From assembly GCA_964016885.1 (NCBI GenBank), contig OZ024742.1, positions 339,140,001-339,204,000 of the forward strand: a DNA stretch of 64,000 nucleotides. Reading direction: 5' to 3'. The position numbers were made by a program, and so were the translations under genes. Below, piece after piece: positions 59,829 through 64,000 of the stretch. Under the pieces are notes generated by a model that saw nothing but the letters and a program-made list of their open reading frames with translations, was not told the DNA's origin and did no database searches. Positions within the stretch are counted from its first letter, which is position 1. Every line of letters starts with the position of its first letter. Source of the DNA: Eledone cirrhosa (lineage: Eukaryota).

Positions 59829-62800
59829 CTAGCAGTTTAGCCCGGCGTTGCTCGGGTTTGTTCATTTGCTATGAAAAGTTACATACAGGTAAATATGGCT
59901 TGAAAGCGAATAAGCTTATCAATTAAGTGCATAAAGCAGTTGAACCGGTTATTAAAAGTTACGAACCAATTAGCATTTTGGACAATCAATGATGGGTTAA
60001 TAATCTTCCAATAGCGAATTTAGTAGACCAAAGTTGCAAGATGGTGGCCCTGATGCCGCTGGATGTCAGATCTGTCCGCCATGGGATACCCTACCAGGAA
60101 ATTGTGTTCCAGACGGAATAGCTCCAACACCTGCACCAACATCTATAGCACCTCTTTGTAGACGATATTGCGTGTCATCCCTTGAGGAGTGTAAGCAAAA
60201 AGTCCATTCCTGCTCCCTACGCGGGAACAGGCAACATAAAGTTGGCCATGGGAGAAGCATGGCTCCCCCAAATAGATGCCCGCCACCGACAATGTTTGCC
60301 CTTGTGACTTGTTAATGGACATGGCAAAACATGGTCTCACCGGGAATTGGGATCGAACGGGATTTCTGACGGCGAGGGGAAAAAGTTCATTCTTGGAATG
60401 AAAACATTCTCCCCTCTCCCGCACCCCGTTACAATGGTGGCCTCAATCAAGTGGGGTGTCAGTGACTTGACGACCATGCGAGTACCGTTGCACTGCTTTG
60501 GTGGACGCAAGTTCCTTATTAGCATAATGGGACAGCCAACCCTAAGCTTAAGAATGTGAGGTGGGGGCCCTGGGGACTCAAGGGAATTTAATAACTCAAC
60601 CGGATAATTAACGATATCGTTAATTACTAATCTATCTGACGTCCGGTCGATAGATTTGAAGATGTGCTCTTTACTGGGAATCTTCTCAATCAGCTGCTCG
60701 TTAATAAAATTAACCATGGTATTTTTCGGAGCAAGGATGGCTCTTTCGCTGAGCCAATCGAGGTTTTTAAAGTTAGATGAGACATCAGGAAAAACTGCTT
60801 CCCAAAGGTCAGAAGGGCTGCTCACAATGTTGCACAGGGAGTCGATTGCTATGTCGCCCTTGTCATCCGCAGGGACCTTGCCCTCACCAAGTGCTAAAAT
60901 GTTCTGAGCAAATGCTGCAGACATGTTGTCACCATGCAAATGAGCACGCATATTTGTGCTCAGGTACAAACTCTTCACCTGGAGCCACAACATGGACGAC
61001 TTGTCCCTTTGGGGATGACAGGCAGCGTTTGTCGAAAATCCCCTGATAGCAGAAGGGTTACGCCACCCATAGGAGCCGTAGAATCCCTAATGTCTTTCAG
61101 GGTCCTGTACAATGCCTCAAGGGCACCCTTGTGTGCCATTGCGCAGTCATCCTAAACAATGATGCAACATTTTTTGAGAACCAGAGCTTTGTGTGAACTC
61201 TTGCTGATATTGCATGTTGGTGTCTCAGTTTTTACTAAATCCAAGGGGAGTTTAAAGGTTGAATGTGCTGTCCTGTCTCCCGGCAGCAAAGTAGCAGCGA
61301 TCCCGCAACAGCCAACGCAATTTTTTTCTCCTGACGAATCTTAGCGAGTATCAATTTCGTTACAAAAGTTTTTCCGGTACCCCCAGGAGAATCGAGAAAG
61401 TAAATACCCCAAGTCTGATTTTGAACCGCGTCAATGATAGTTAAATAGGCCAACCTTTGGTCCGACAGAAGTTTGGGCTCATTTTCCTCTAAGTATTGGG
61501 AAAGAGATTCGATGTCATATGCTGTTTCCCGCAACAAATCCGGGGCCAACGTGTTAGCTTCCTCTCTGACGGTTGACGGCAAGCCATACGTCGCCAACTC
61601 ACTCCCACCCATGTCGAGGAGGGTGTCCTCGATATCAATGAGTGCCCTGTTGTAGATAATGTCACTGTAACCAACTTCCACTGAAGGATACTGCAGATGA
61701 GCCAGGTGCAGGAAGTCCTCAGACATGAAGTTTCTGTACTTGACCCATAAAGATTTGGGATCACTCAATTCACACTTTTGGAGCAAAATGGCAAAGAGTT
61801 CCCGTAAACCTTGGTGGCGGTTTGGTCCGTAAAGTAAACCCTTTGCTCATTTTCCAAATGTACCACAAGCTGTACGATGGCGAGGTGCCGTTGGTGTAGG
61901 GGTAAACCAAATAGGCGCCAAAAAGCTTCATTGCTACTGATGTACCGCCCCGCCAGGTATTCTGTGACCTCCTCCCTGCTATTTCAGCTTGAAATGCGAA
62001 CATGCGGCATCAGAGTCCTTATTTACATATTTGTATATGTATTTTATCGACTTGACGGAGTTGCAAAACTCAACGTTGATGTGGGCGTTGAACATCTTCA
62101 AGAGAAGCGGGCAGTAAGGGACAACCCATCTATTGTCGACTTGACCTCCCTTTACTGTTGTGGTGAATCCACCGTTCTCGGGCCGTCGCCACCAGTCTGA
62201 GTCTGGTCAACAAATGTTTTTGGGTATCCCTTACTGCACAACCCCCCTTTCAGACACGTGTGATGCTCATTAGGACCCGACGCACACGGACCATGTTAGC
62301 TTTGACGATGTCATGTTATTCCTGGTCAGTTGCTGGGTTAGGGATTTCAGCCGAAATGAAGCTGTCTATGGCATTTGAATTGATTTTATCAGCTAACCAA
62401 ATCAAAATGTGAGCATGTGGCAGCCCTCGTTTTTGCCATTCAACGGTGAACATGTCACATTTTACAACCCCAAATACCTGACCCTTTTTGATTAAAGCCA
62501 TGAGCTTAGCCAGTTTCAGTCTGAACACTCTGGCAATGAGGTCATGTCTGTTCGAATAATTTTGCCCAGGAAAAAGTTCACAGGTTACATTCAGATTCAT
62601 ATGTCTATATATGAAGTGTTATTTTGCGGGTTGATATTTGCAATAAGCCGATTGAAAATGCCCCAGATAAGCCGTATGTCAATACGGAACGCTCAATACG
62701 GAACGCTCAATACGGAACGCGCCACTGCAGTGTTGTCATATAGGGAGTGAAGAGCGACAGAGAGACTAAAGCAGTTAAATTATAGAGAGAGGGAATATAC

Positions 62801-63085
62801 GGAACGCTCCATTTGATCATAAACATTGTTTCTCTCTCTGCAGCGTTGTCATGTGGGGGAGTGAAGAGCAACAGAGAGAGAGTAAAGCAGTTAAATTATA
62901 GAGAGGGGGAATGATCATGATCGAATTTTGCCCTTATTGTTGATGGATTTGAAATTTCTTTGCTTCATGACCTTTTCCTGAGCAAAAGCAATAATTGTCC
63001 CGACTTTGAATAGAATCCGTTGGAAATTGTGGACGTGCATACGTTACAAACCTTAACACACACATCCCCAGCTTTATATATATAT
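59829..63085 (-). mobile_element. Decayed, internally deleted autonomous Helitron (Rep plus PIF1-type helicase)
   Basis: HUH Rep VEWQKRGLPHAHILIWL (62316-62600); PGGTGKTF; LSTNMR; IMLIRNL..CNGTR; [24 protein letters not shown]; 3' hairpin plus CTAG at 59829-59856; 5' TATATATAAAG. Confidence 0.92.
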
Positions 63086-63091
63086 ATATAT

Positions 63092-63504
63092 TTATTAAAA
63101 TAACAGATTAAAGTTTAAGCAAAGAATCGCTGCTTTCACCCTTAACCGGATCTGAAACTAAAAAGTCAATCTGTAAACGCAGAAGTGGATATTTCAAAAA
63201 ACGTTGCAACCGGAGGAAGACGATACTTTGGTTCGTGGAAACGTTCTTTGCCAGGGAACGTTTCCACGAACCAAAGTATCGTCTTCCTCCGGTTGCAACG
63301 TTTTTTGAAATATCCACTTCTGCGTTTACAGATTGACTTTGTTAGTTTCAGAAGATCCCGTTAAGGGTGAAAGCAGCGATTCTTTGCTTAAACTTTAATG
63401 TGTTATTTTAATAAATATTTGCTCTACGGTTCTTATATATTTGATATATATTTATCCTTATCGACCCCGCTTTAGATTTTAGTCTTCAAATTTATTATTA
63501 TTAT

Positions 63505-63510
<6 letters not shown>
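63092..63510. mobile_element. Solo pLTR fold-back of the 49833-52011 PLE; A4-variant HHR at 63344-63394 (+)
   Basis: Arms 63092-63246 / 63256-63415; 63256-63510 is homologous to the reverse complement of 49833-50090. Confidence 0.88.
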
Positions 63511-63552
<42 letters not shown>

Positions 63553-64000
63553 AGTTATTCTTTTTTTACATGTCCAAGATAATTCAGCCAGACGAGTGTT
63601 CGCTTTACCTTTACAGTGAAGTTTTTTAAATAGCATATTTTAGGATGCGGCTTAACAAAATATTTCACAGTAGCTCTGTTGTAAGAAAAGGAAAATAATC
63701 AACTACCATATAATCTTGAAACAGCGCGGTCTGATAACTTTGGGATATATTCACAGAGGAAAATGTGACGGAAAAATAATTTTCTTTGACAATGATTCTA
63801 CCCATATGTTTATTTTATATAACCGTTTTATATATTTTTTATGTTTTCCTATACAACTCAGTTTCATGAGCAAAAGAACAGAATTGACAAGTACAGACTT
63901 AGTTAATAGAAAAAACAGCTAAGATAAACTGTGAGATGCTTGTGAAGTTTCTTTATTTTGAAGCGGTTTTCTGGGATCCCCTCTTTGGTTAACCTGTGCA

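Overview
AT-rich, repeat-saturated eukaryotic (animal) genomic DNA with no supportable host gene. The (TA)n-dominated microsatellites and SINE types suggest a cephalopod/octopus-like genome (inference, not verified). Nearly all non-microsatellite sequence is mobile DNA embedded in (TA)n: Penelope-like retroelements (PLEs; RT plus C-terminal GIY-YIG) of two distinct lineages, including a 9.4 kb head-to-head/partial-tandem complex at 16018-25432; RTE and CR1-type LINE remnants; a decayed autonomous Helitron plus non-autonomous ones; and tRNA-derived SINEs. The main hidden signal, found by reading both strands by eye, is about 34 type I hammerhead-ribozyme (HHR) motifs. They sit in PLE terminal repeats and in many small non-coding fold-back or partial-tandem elements (315-320 nt and 591 nt units, retrozyme-like). 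Several unrelated families replace the catalytic C3:G8 pair with a compensatory U3:A8 pair (TTGANAA), and one has A at core position 4, so standard CTGANGA searches would miss them. All structures were read manually; none has been folded computationally or tested, and boundaries are approximate to within a few nt.
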